Shown: positions 17,952 to 26,774 of the stretch, piece by piece
How positions within the stretch are numbered: the first letter of the stretch is position 1
Layout of the letters: the number at the start of each line of letters is the position of its first letter
Origin: Gammaproteobacteria bacterium
Lineage (GTDB): Bacteria > Pseudomonadota > Gammaproteobacteria > Eutrophobiales > Eutrophobiaceae
Reading direction: 5' to 3'
Assembly (NCBI GenBank): GCA_016179185.1
Contig: JACORW010000018.1
Coordinates: forward strand, 5,227-69,226
Length of the DNA: 64,000 bases
Notes under the pieces: generated by a model
The model's input: only the letters and a program-made list of their open reading frames with translations
Database searches by the model: none
Told to the model about the DNA's origin: nothing
Program-made: the position numbers and the translations under genes

Positions 17952-20900
17952 TTACTGGCAGGCCTCGCATTCCGGATTGTCGATGGCGCAGAGCTTGGCT
18001 TGCTCCGCTTCCGCAAAGCCGCGATCCACCGCCGCCAGTTTGTTTTCGCGCCCGCCGCTCAGCGTGCTCTTTTCCACGTGCGTCGCCCCGAGGCTGCGCA
18101 GGTAGTAGGTGGTCTTCAATCCCCGTACCCAGGCCAGCTTGTACAGGTTGTCCAGCTTCTTGCCGTTGGGGGCGGCCATGTAAAGATTCAGTGACTGCGC
18201 CTGGTCAATCCACTTCTGACGGCGGGAGCCGGCCTCGACCAGCCAGCGCGGGTCAATCTCCCACGCGGTGGCATAAAGCGCTTTGAGGTCATCGGAGATG
18301 CGGCCTATGGGCTGCACGCTGCCGTCGAAATATTTCAGGTCATTGACCATGACCTCGTCCCACAGGTTGCGCGCCTTCAGGTCGCGAACCAGGTACGGGT
18401 TCACGACGGTAAACTCGCCGGACAGGTTCGATTTGACGAACAGGTTCTGGTAAGTGGGCTCGATGGACTGGCACACGCCGCAGATGTTGGAAATCGTGGC
18501 GGTCGGCGCGATGGCCATGCAGTTGGAATTGCGCATGCCGACCTTTTGCACGCGCTTGCGCAGCGCCTCCCAGTCCATCCGCACGCTGCGGTCCACTTCC
18601 AGATAGCCGTTGCGCTCCTGCTCCAGGATGCCGAGGGAGTCTATTGGCAGGATACCCTTGCTCCACAACGAGCCCTTGAATGTGGAGTAGGGCCCGCGTT
18701 CCGCCGCCAGCTCCGTCGAGGCCTTGATCGCGAAGTAGCTGACCGCCTCCATGCTGGCGTCTGCGAATTCCACCGCCGCTTCCGAAGCATACGGGATGCG
18801 CAGCCGGTGCAGCGCGTCCTGGAAGCCCATGATGCCCAGTCCCACCGGGCGATGCTTCAGGTTGGAACGGCGCGCCTGTGGGACACTGTAATAGTTGTAG
18901 TCAATGACATTGTCCAGCATGCGCATCGCGGTGCGCACGGTCTGCTCCAGCTTCTCCATCCGCAGGCCGTTCTCGTCCACGTGCTCTGCCAGGTTCACGG
19001 AACCCAGGTTGCAGACCGCGATCTCGTCATCGGAGGTATTCAGCGTGATCTCGGTGCACAGGTTGGAGGAATGCACGACACCGGCGTGCTGCTGCGGCGA
19101 ACGCAGGTTGCACGGATCCTTGAACGTCACCCAGGGATGGCCGGTTTCATACAGCATGGACAGCATGCGCCGCCACAGGTCCACGGCGCGCACCTGCTTG
19201 AAACAGCGGATCTGCCTGCGCGCCGCGGCCGCCTCGTATTCCTCGTAACGGCGCTCGAACGCGGCGCCATACAGGTCGTGGAGATCCGTTGTTTCATCCG
19301 GGGAGAACAACGTCCACGGGCCGTCTTCAGACACCCGCTTCATGAACAGGTCCGGCACCCAGTTCGCGGTGTTCATGTCATGGGTGCGGCGGCGGTCATC
19401 GCCGGTGTTCTTGCGCAGATCCAGGAATTCCTCCACGTCCAGGTGCCAGGTTTCCAGGTAGGCGCACATGGCACCCTTGCGCTTGCCGCCGTTATGCGCC
19501 AGCGCGGCGCTGGTCATGTAGGATGTATCGCCTTCGACTTTCAAATCGCACACAAAGGGCACGGGCTCAATGGCCTTCACGGCGCGTACGCGCGTGAACA
19601 ACCAGTTATTCCAGATCAGCCAGTTACGCTTGTGGATTGGGCGGCAATCCACCAGCGTCGCGATCTCCGGCACTGCCGGTATGCGCAGGTCATAGGCCTT
19701 GACGGTGCCATGAATGTGAGCGGTGGTGCCGTCAGAACGGTGGGCAACATGATCTTGTGCGCGCTCACGGAATTGTCCGGCACAGGGCACGCCCAGGCGC
19801 AATAATTGGTAACGCAGGCCTTCCGCCAGACCTTGCGACGTACTGGTGAAATAGATTTCCTTGCCGCGACTGACGCCGCCGTCCGTTTCCAGCAATCCAC
19901 GAATGAGCTGCAGGGTCTGCGCGTTTGGCAGGTGCATGAACCGGGGCGCAATGCGCTTGTTGCCCTCCGTGTCGTACAGATCCGCATAATCGAACGGCAG
20001 CGTCGGGGCGCCCGCGCCGACGCTACGCCCGGTGGTGCCGTTTCTGATCACGCCGCGCCCCGCAGCCCAATGGATCTGCGCATAGGTTTCGCCACGACCG
20101 GTTTCCCAGCAATGGATGCCACGCTCGCTCAGGTAATCGCGCACGAACTGCAGGTGCGCATCACGACATGGGTGGCCGGACACGCCCCATTGCCTTCCGT
20201 CTTTCGATAGATGGCCATCGCCCAGCAGGATGCCGTACAGGCGGCAATCGTCGGTGTCGAGTCCAGGCACCGGCACGATCTCGCTGGGGATGACTTGCGC
20301 CACGTAGTCGCCGCGTTGCAACTGCCCGGCCTCGACCCACGCCGGGCGGACCTTGCCGCGCTCCAGCCAGGACAGCGTTCGATCGTTCGCCTGTTCCATC
20401 GGCACGCCACGGATCGCCCAGAGCGGATGCCCGGCGGTGACTTTGAGCGGGTGCAGGCTGTGCTTGACGCGGATCTCCACCATGGGATCAGTCTGGTTGT
20501 AAGCCAGACGGTCGGTTACTTCCCGGTAAATGCCGTGCTGGCCGAGCACCAGATCGCCGATCTCAATGTCCTTGATGGACTTGACGCCGGCGGCGGTAAA
20601 TACGCTGGTGTCTGAGGCGAAGCACTGATTCACTGCTACCGCGGTGTCGTTGGCCACCTTCATGAACGGCACCACGCCCTGGGAGCGGCCGTTGGTGCCC
20701 TTGATGTGGGCACCCATGGCGCGCACCCGCGTCCAGTCATTGCCCAGCCCGCCGGCGAATTTGGACAGCAACGCATCGTCCCGGATGGCGCTGAAAATGC
20801 CGTCCAGATCGTCCGGCACCGTGCTCAGGTAGCAGCTCGAAAGTTGCGGTCGCAGCGTGCCGGAGTTGAACAATGTCGGCGTCGAGCTCATGAAATCGAA

Positions 20901-22001
20901 CGATGACAGCTGTTCGTAGAACTCGATGGCGCGCGCCTCGCGGTCCAGTTCCTTGATGGCGAGTCCCATGGCGACGCGCATGAAAAACGCCTGGGGCAGT
21001 TCGAAGCGAATACCGGAATCGGTGTGGATGAAATACCGGTCATACAGCGTCTGCAGGCCGAGATAGGTGAACTGCCGATCGCGTTCCGGCTTCAGCGCCC
21101 GGCCCAGACGATCCAGGTCGTACCGGGTCAACTCGTGATCCAACAGCTCCAGCGCCGCGCCGCGTTGCACGTACTTGCGGAAATAAAGCGGATAGCGATC
21201 GGACATCTCCGCCTGCGTCGCCGGGGTGTCGGCGCCTTCAACGTAGCTCAGGGCCTCGCGGCGCAGCGCGTCCAGCAGCAGCCGCGCCGCGGCCTGGGAG
21301 TAATTCGGCTCCTTCTCCACCAGGGCCCGCGCGCTCATCACCAGCGCCGGATTGACATCGGTCTCCTTGACGCCGTCGAACAGGTTGCGCAAGGCGTCGT
21401 CAATGATCTCGTGACCCTGCACGAACTCGAGCCCGGCGCAGGCCTCGTTGACCACGGCCAGCATGCGCGGCATGTCCAGCGGCCGCCGGCTGCCGTCCCT
21501 CAGTGTGACGTTGATGACGACGGGGCGGGGGGCCGCGCCGTCCTCCGATTGTTTCTGCCGGGCCTTCTCGGCACGCAGCCGGGCGCGCTGCTCGCGATAG
21601 ATGACATAAGCCCGGGCCACCTTCTGTTCGCCGCCGCGCATCAACGCCAGTTCCACGTGGTCCTGGATATCTTCGATGTGGACGGTCCCGCCGCCGGGCA
21701 TGCGGCGCGTCACGGCCCGTACCACCAGGTCGGTCAGATCCGCCACGGACTGATGGATGCGCGTGGACGCCGCCGCCGCGCCCCCCTCCACGTCCAGGAA
21801 GGCCTTGGTGATGGCCACCGAAATCTTGGAGGCGTCAAACGCCGTAACCTTGCCGTTGCGGCGGATGACCTTGAATTCGCCGGGCAGGTGGCTGGTCAGG
21901 TCGGTCCGGTCGGCGGCAACCTGGTCAACGGGGAATTCGGAGATATGAACACGCGTACTGTCAGAAACAAGCGATGCACCCACGGCAGCAACCTTTTCCA
22001 C
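17952..22001 (-). CDS. nrdA: Ribonucleotide reductase class Ia alpha subunit with two ATP-cones and an intein
   Basis: VIRRNG and TLRDG ATP-cones, TPTLFNSG, QLSSCY, SNLCTEI, APTATIS, KTTYYLR and C-terminal CEACQ. Confidence 0.96.
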   Translation of the reverse strand: MEKVAAVGASLVSDSTRVHISEFPVDQVAADRTDLTSHLPGEFKVIRRNGKVTAFDASKISVAITKAFLDVEGGAAAASTRIHQSVADLTDLVVRAVTRRMPGGGTVHIEDIQDHVELALMRGGEQKVARAYVIYREQRARLRAEKARQKQSEDGAAPRPVVINVTLRDGSRRPLDMPRMLAVVNEACAGLEFVQGHEIIDDALRNLFDGVKETDVNPALVMSARALVEKEPNYSQAAARLLLDALRREALSYVEGADTPATQAEMSDRYPLYFRKYVQRGAALELLDHELTRYDLDRLGRALKPERDRQFTYLGLQTLYDRYFIHTDSGIRFELPQAFFMRVAMGLAIKELDREARAIEFYEQLSSFDFMSSTPTLFNSGTLRPQLSSCYLSTVPDDLDGIFSAIRDDALLSKFAGGLGNDWTRVRAMGAHIKGTNGRSQGVVPFMKVANDTAVAVNQCFASDTSVFTAAGVKSIKDIEIGDLVLGQHGIYREVTDRLAYNQTDPMVEIRVKHSLHPLKVTAGHPLWAIRGVPMEQANDRTLSWLERGKVRPAWVEAGQLQRGDYVAQVIPSEIVPVPGLDTDDCRLYGILLGDGHLSKDGRQWGVSGHPCRDAHLQFVRDYLSERGIHCWETGRGETYAQIHWAAGRGVIRNGTTGRSVGAGAPTLPFDYADLYDTEGNKRIAPRFMHLPNAQTLQLIRGLLETDGGVSRGKEIYFTSTSQGLAEGLRYQLLRLGVPCAGQFRERAQDHVAHRSDGTTAHIHGTVKAYDLRIPAVPEIATLVDCRPIHKRNWLIWNNWLFTRVRAVKAIEPVPFVCDLKVEGDTSYMTSAALAHNGGKRKGAMCAYLETWHLDVEEFLDLRKNTGDDRRRTHDMNTANWVPDLFMKRVSEDGPWTLFSPDETTDLHDLYGAAFERRYEEYEAAAARRQIRCFKQVRAVDLWRRMLSMLYETGHPWVTFKDPCNLRSPQQHAGVVHSSNLCTEITLNTSDDEIAVCNLGSVNLAEHVDENGLRMEKLEQTVRTAMRMLDNVIDYNYYSVPQARRSNLKHRPVGLGIMGFQDALHRLRIPYASEAAVEFADASMEAVSYFAIKASTELAAERGPYSTFKGSLWSKGILPIDSLGILEQERNGYLEVDRSVRMDWEALRKRVQKVGMRNSNCMAIAPTATISNICGVCQSIEPTYQNLFVKSNLSGEFTVVNPYLVRDLKARNLWDEVMVNDLKYFDGSVQPIGRISDDLKALYATAWEIDPRWLVEAGSRRQKWIDQAQSLNLYMAAPNGKKLDNLYKLAWVRGLKTTYYLRSLGATHVEKSTLSGGRENKLAAVDRGFAEAEQAKLCAIDNPECEACQ
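19491..20624 (-). mobile_element. Intein with LAGLIDADG homing endonuclease (378 aa), non-canonical Gly+1
   Basis: The insert splits the conserved VAVNQ|GGKRKGA. It begins CFASDT, has block B TAGHP, LAGLIDADG-like LYGILLGDG and LIRGLLETDGG, and ends VCDLKVEG...ALAHN. Confidence 0.93.
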
Positions 22002-22114
22002 GTTCTTGAACCCCCGAGTCTGGTCGGCGTCTCTGCGCCTGTTGTTCTTGTATCCGCGTGCATACAGGAACTTAGAAACCGCATTAAGTTCTGCACGTAA
22101 CGCGATCTATAACA

Positions 22115-22162
22115 CCCCAACAAAATGTGGTCAAGTGCCATTAAAACCACAATATGTTGTGT
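22115..22162. promoter_or_regulatory. Tandem NrdR boxes
   Basis: CCCCAACAAAATGTGG (22115-22130) and CCACAATATGTTGTGT (22147-22162), 32 bp apart upstream of nrdA, resembling acaCwAtATaTwGtgt. Confidence 0.78.
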
Positions 22163-22401
22163 ATTCTACCGAGGACAGGCTTTGGAAATCCTGTGAACAA
22201 TTTGTGGGCAATTTCTGCCGCTGTGACCGACAGATGGCCCACAAATCAGTCAAAATCAAAGGCTTGGAATCGTGCGCGCGAAGCGGATGTTTGGCTAATG
22301 TTTCAGATTGGGCTGAAACGGACGGCGAAATGGCCGGAATTGCCCGGAAATTGCCGAAAACTTAGGCCCCGCCGGCTGCGGAAATGCGGGTGTGAATTTT
22401 T

Positions 22402-23133
22402 TCAGTTGAACGACATGGCCCCAAGACTCGCGCCGCCGCAGATAAACCAGGTCTGCCCGGTAATGAATCCGGCCTGTTCATCGGCGAGAAACATCACGGC
22501 CCGGGAGATGTCTTCGGGCTGCCCGAGCCGGCGTACCGGCAGGCGCGCGGCCACGGCCGCATTGCGCGGATCGCCTTCCGGAATGACGGATCGGAACTGA
22601 TCGGTGATGATGGGCCCGGGAGCGATGGCATTGACCGTGATCCCGGCGGGGCCCAGTTCCAGGGCCCAGGTGCGGGTGAGCCCCACCTGCGCCGCCTTGG
22701 AGGCGCTGTAGGCGGTGCGGGTTTCCAGTCCGAGAATCGCCCGGGTGGAGACCGTGATGATGCGGCCGAATCCGGCCTCCCGCATGGCCGGGATGAATGC
22801 CTGGCCCAGCACCACCAGCGCGCCCACGTGCAGGCGCATCAGGAAATCCAGGTCGTCCTGTTTCACCTCGCCGATGGGCGCACTGCGCAGCACCCCGGCG
22901 TTGTGGATCAAGGTCGTGACCTTGTGTTGTGCCGCGACCCCGGCCGCCGCGCGGCGCACCGCGTCCAGATCGGAGAGGTCAATTCGAATGGTTTCGAGCG
23001 CCGGGTGTGTTTCCGCGCAGGGGTTCAAGTCCAAACTGATGACGCGATAGTCTGCCTTCAGCAGATCGCGCCGGATCGCGGCGCCTATACCCGCTGTGCC
23101 GCCGGTCAGGATGGCTGTTCTGGTGTTTCCCAT
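22402..23133 (-). CDS. Short-chain dehydrogenase/reductase
   Basis: TGGTAGIG, HNAG, YSASK and VNAIAPGPI. Confidence 0.92.
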   Translation of the reverse strand: MGNTRTAILTGGTAGIGAAIRRDLLKADYRVISLDLNPCAETHPALETIRIDLSDLDAVRRAAAGVAAQHKVTTLIHNAGVLRSAPIGEVKQDDLDFLMRLHVGALVVLGQAFIPAMREAGFGRIITVSTRAILGLETRTAYSASKAAQVGLTRTWALELGPAGITVNAIAPGPIITDQFRSVIPEGDPRNAAVAARLPVRRLGQPEDISRAVMFLADEQAGFITGQTWFICGGASLGAMSFN

Positions 23134-23390
23134 GCACAATCCTTTTTTATTGCAGGTTTACCCGGCCGGAAAACCGGCCGTCTGAAAGCGACCCATAGAA
23201 TGCCGGAAATGCCGCGAGACGCCTACATGGATGTAGGCGGTACGGGTGTACGGGGAGGTACCCGGTAGAATCGAGCCGGGAGCGGAGACCGAGACCGACG
23301 CAGGGGCCAAAGCCGAGGACAGGATGTCCGGAGCGGCTGGTGCCATAGTTTTTGTCAGATCAGAATCGCACGCAGGCATGTGATTACACT

Positions 23391-23445
23391 TGTGGGGCCG
23401 GGTTTACCCGGCCACAAGTCCGGCCGGCTGGAAGCCGGCCCCACA
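23391..23445. repeat. REP-like inverted doublet (GTGG-type)
   Basis: TGTGGGGCCGGGTTTACCCGGCC and the inverted GGCCGGCTGGAAGCCGGCCCCACA. Confidence 0.65.
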
Positions 23446-23478
23446 GAGTGGCCAAACGACAACGAGGAGTGTAAGCCG

Positions 23479-24834
23479 ATGACGCAGTCCCGTTCCGGCG
23501 CCGGCCCTGCGGCACCGGCTGCCGCCCCCGTACCGCACAGCCCGGTCGCCGACGCGCACCTGATCCGCTACGCCGGCCCGTTCATCCCCGGCCTCGTGGT
23601 GCGGGCCCAGGGTGCGTATATCTACGACGACCAGGGGCGGGAGATCCTGGATTTCACCTCGGGGCAGATGTGCGCCATCCTCGGCCACAACCATCCCGAT
23701 ATCGTTGCGGCGATCACGGAGGCCTGCCGTAACGTCATTCACCTGCACAGCAGCCAGTTGTCGCCGCCGGTGCTGGAACTGGCGCAGCGCATCGCCGCGC
23801 AGCTTCCGCCGCAGTTGCAGAAGATGATCTTCCTGAGCACGGGGTCGGAATCCAACGAAGCGGCGCTGCGCATGGCGAAGCTCTACCGCGGCGGCTTCGA
23901 GGTCTATGCCTTCTCCGGCTCCTGGCACGGACTCACCGGCGGCGCCAGCGCCAGCACCTATGCCTTCGGCCGGCAGGGCTATGGCCCGACGGTTCCCGGC
24001 GTGCAAGCCATACCCACGCCCAACTGCTATCGCTGTCCGATCCGGCACTGCCGCGACAGGTGCGATATGACCTGCCTGGATGCGGGTTTCGACCTGGCGG
24101 ATCGGCAGGCCGTGGGGGCGCCCGCGGCGTTCATGTTCGAGCCCATCATCAGCGCCGGGGGCATCATTGATCTGCCGCCCGGCTACCTCACGCGCCTCAG
24201 GCAGCTTTGCGATCAACGCGGGCTGCTGATAATCGCCGATGAGGCCCAAACGGCATTCGGCCGCATGGGGCTGCTGTTCGGTTACCGGCAGGAGCCGGGA
24301 TTCGTGCCGGATTTTCTGACCATGTCCAAATCCCTGGGTGGCGGGTTGCCGCTGTCCGCCACGGTGACCAGCGCGGAGATTGAAGAGACCTGCTACAGCC
24401 GCGGTTTCATTCATGCCACGTCCCATGTGTCCGATCCGATGCCGGCGGCAGTGGGCGTCGCACTGCTCAAGGTCATCGCCCGGGACGGGTTGGTGGAAAA
24501 TGCGCGCCGGATGGGGGAGTACCTGAAGGCACAGTTACGGGAGCTTCAGAAAAAGCATGAATGCATCGGCGACGTGCGCGGTCGCGGCCTGCTGCTGGGC
24601 GTGGAGATTGTTTCCGACCGCGACCAGCGCACACCGGCGCCAACGCTGGGAACCGCCATTTCCGAGCGCTGTTACGAACTCCGGCTCAGCATGAACATCG
24701 TGCGCCTGCCCGCGGTGGGCAGCATCTTCCGCATCGCGCCGCCGTTCACCATCACCCGCACGCAGATTGATTCCGCCATTGCCGTCCTGGATCAGGCCAT
24801 CGGCGAGTGCGTCGCGAAGCACGGCGCGGAATAA
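23479..24834 (+). CDS. dgdA: Class III PLP aminotransferase, 2,2-dialkylglycine decarboxylase-like
   Basis: HLIRYAG, ILDFTSGQM, LSTGSESNEAA, SWHGLT, DEAQT, SKSLGGG, TSHVSDP and FRIAPP match DGD-type enzymes. Confidence 0.75.
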   Translation: MTQSRSGAGPAAPAAAPVPHSPVADAHLIRYAGPFIPGLVVRAQGAYIYDDQGREILDFTSGQMCAILGHNHPDIVAAITEACRNVIHLHSSQLSPPVLELAQRIAAQLPPQLQKMIFLSTGSESNEAALRMAKLYRGGFEVYAFSGSWHGLTGGASASTYAFGRQGYGPTVPGVQAIPTPNCYRCPIRHCRDRCDMTCLDAGFDLADRQAVGAPAAFMFEPIISAGGIIDLPPGYLTRLRQLCDQRGLLIIADEAQTAFGRMGLLFGYRQEPGFVPDFLTMSKSLGGGLPLSATVTSAEIEETCYSRGFIHATSHVSDPMPAAVGVALLKVIARDGLVENARRMGEYLKAQLRELQKKHECIGDVRGRGLLLGVEIVSDRDQRTPAPTLGTAISERCYELRLSMNIVRLPAVGSIFRIAPPFTITRTQIDSAIAVLDQAIGECVAKHGAE

Positions 24835-24842
24835 CCTCGCGG

Positions 24843-25949
24843 ATGGACGGCAACGTCCGGCGTTTTTTCGAACGCTACCTGTTGCCCGGGTTCGTCTACA
24901 CCGGCGTCGTCATCGGCGGCGGGTACGCCACCGGCCGGGACCTTGTGCAGTTCTTCCTGCTCCACAACCCCGCCGGCGCCGCCCTCGGGATCGGCGTCGC
25001 GGCGGCGTTCTGGGGCGTGCTGCTGGCTGTGTGCTTCGAATTCGCGCGCATCCACCACGCCTATGATTACCGAACCTTCTTCAAGCACCTTCTTGGCCCG
25101 GTGTGGTGGTTATTCGAGGTGCCGTTCCTGATCATGCTGGTCATCGGTCTCGCGGTCATGGGCGCCGCGGCCGGGGAGATCGTCGCGGGCCTGACCGGGA
25201 CGCCGAAACTTGTCGGGACCTCCGGGCTGCTGGTGGCCGTGGGGATCCTGGTCGTCACCGGCACGAGGGTGCTGGAGCGTGTACTCGGCTGGGGTTCGAC
25301 GCTGCTGTATCTCTTCTACATCGTGTTCCTGTGGCGCTGCTGGCAGCAGTATGGCGCCGAGCTGTTCGTGTTTACGCAATTCACGCCGGTGCCGGCTGCG
25401 GCTGTCAGTGGGTTTCAATACGTGGTCATGAACGTTTCCATGATCCCGGGATTGCTGTTCTGCCTGCGTCACTTCGAGAATCGGCGGCAGGCGGTGGCGG
25501 CCGGCGTGTTCGCTGGAATACTGGTGGTTACGCCGGCTGTCGCCTTCTTGCTGTGCATGAGCGCGTTCTACCCGGCGATACTGGAGCAGCCGGTGCCCAT
25601 CTCCTACATCCTGGGGCAACTGGGCGCGGACTGGTTCGGCGTCGTGTTCCAGTTGCTGCTGTTCTTCACGCTGGTGCAGACCGGCGTCGGCATCCTGCAC
25701 GCGGTGAACGAGCGGGTGGACGGCACGCTGCGCGAGCGGGGCAGGGCGTTGCCGGATGCGGCACGCGCCGGCATTGCCGTGGGTTATGTGGTTGTGTCGA
25801 TCATTCTTGCCGAGCAGTTCGGCATCATCGAACTCATCGCCAGGGGATTCACCGCCATGGCCTGGGCGTTCATCCTGAGTTTTGCCATGCCGTTGATGAC
25901 GGTGGGCGTGTACAAGATTGCGCGGTACCGCGTCCCGGCGGCGGTGTGA
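24843..25949 (+). CDS. YkvI-like multi-pass membrane protein (probable transporter)
   Basis: YLLPGF..GVVIGGGYATGRDLVQFF N-terminus and about 10 hydrophobic segments. Confidence 0.78.
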   Translation: MDGNVRRFFERYLLPGFVYTGVVIGGGYATGRDLVQFFLLHNPAGAALGIGVAAAFWGVLLAVCFEFARIHHAYDYRTFFKHLLGPVWWLFEVPFLIMLVIGLAVMGAAAGEIVAGLTGTPKLVGTSGLLVAVGILVVTGTRVLERVLGWGSTLLYLFYIVFLWRCWQQYGAELFVFTQFTPVPAAAVSGFQYVVMNVSMIPGLLFCLRHFENRRQAVAAGVFAGILVVTPAVAFLLCMSAFYPAILEQPVPISYILGQLGADWFGVVFQLLLFFTLVQTGVGILHAVNERVDGTLRERGRALPDAARAGIAVGYVVVSIILAEQFGIIELIARGFTAMAWAFILSFAMPLMTVGVYKIARYRVPAAV

Positions 25950-26128
25950 TCCGCAGCCGCGCGCATTGACGCCAAAAATCCAATCGTCGTGCAACCCGCT
26001 GAATTGACCGGATAAACGACCGAATTCTCCGCGTCAGTTATTAATATACTGGCAGGGTATTCGTGCTGTTATTGAAAACACCAAACCAAAAATCTAAATA
26101 CGTGTTCCGAAATGTGCTACACAATTCC

Positions 26129-26238
26129 AACGGCTGGCTCGATCTCATGTTGGCGGACACGCCGTAAATACGTCCATGTAGGCTCGGGTGCCGCGCCTGC
26201 GGCACACGGTCCGCCAACATGAGATCGAACCAGCCGTT
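26129..26238. repeat. Stem-enclosed conserved element, copy A
   Basis: 30-bp inverted arms (26129-26158 and 26209-26238, one mismatch) around a 50-nt core that recurs at 55415-55464. Confidence 0.85.
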
Positions 26239-26432
26239 TGCGCTGCAATTCGGAACAGCTATATAGGGGTCAGAGTCGCTGAAATTTCCCGAAGCGGCAG
26301 TTGAGAGTCAAGCCGGGACCTCCATCATTTACCTATTAATGTCACAAGAAAAATTTGATGGATGTCCGGGATGATGTGGTCGTCTGAAACTATAGAATAT
26401 GCGGTCAGGATTGAAATCAATTCGTCGTGCAT

Positions 26433-26453
26433 GTGATATATTCTGTATATCAC
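26433..26453. promoter_or_regulatory. Palindromic operator of the TA operon
   Basis: GTGATATA-N5-TATATCAC just upstream of the antitoxin start. Confidence 0.6.
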
Positions 26454-26468
26454 GATAGGGAGTGGCCA

Positions 26469-26774
26469 ATGGCGACACAAGCATCAACAAAGGCATCTCG
26501 TTCGAAGTCTCGAACAGAAAAGCCCAAAGCAGTTCTGTTTCGATACCGGGACGCGGACAGCGTTGTCGGCGTATCGCGGGGAACTGCCGGCAAGCTGGCG
26601 CGGAAACTGGGGTTGAACGAGACGCAGTTGTTGCACTACGCGATGGTGCAATTGGCCAGGAGTGAGCTGCCCCAGTACGAACCTGATGACGGACCGCTCA
26701 GCAAGGGCGACATGGATGCCATTCGCAAACTCGAGCCACAGGGGCGCATGCGTATCAGGCAAAGTCTCTTCTGA
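26469..26774 (+). CDS. Putative antitoxin (DNA-binding)
   Basis: Small ORF whose stop overlaps the toxin ATG; helix-rich core and YEPDDGPL tail. Confidence 0.65.
   Translation: MATQASTKASRSKSRTEKPKAVLFRYRDADSVVGVSRGTAGKLARKLGLNETQLLHYAMVQLARSELPQYEPDDGPLSKGDMDAIRKLEPQGRMRIRQSLF

Noticed and set aside
19485-19493. Misplaced intein boundary explaining Gly+1
   Set aside because: No Cys/Ser/Thr follows any nearby Asn, and only the HN|GG boundary restores the conserved extein
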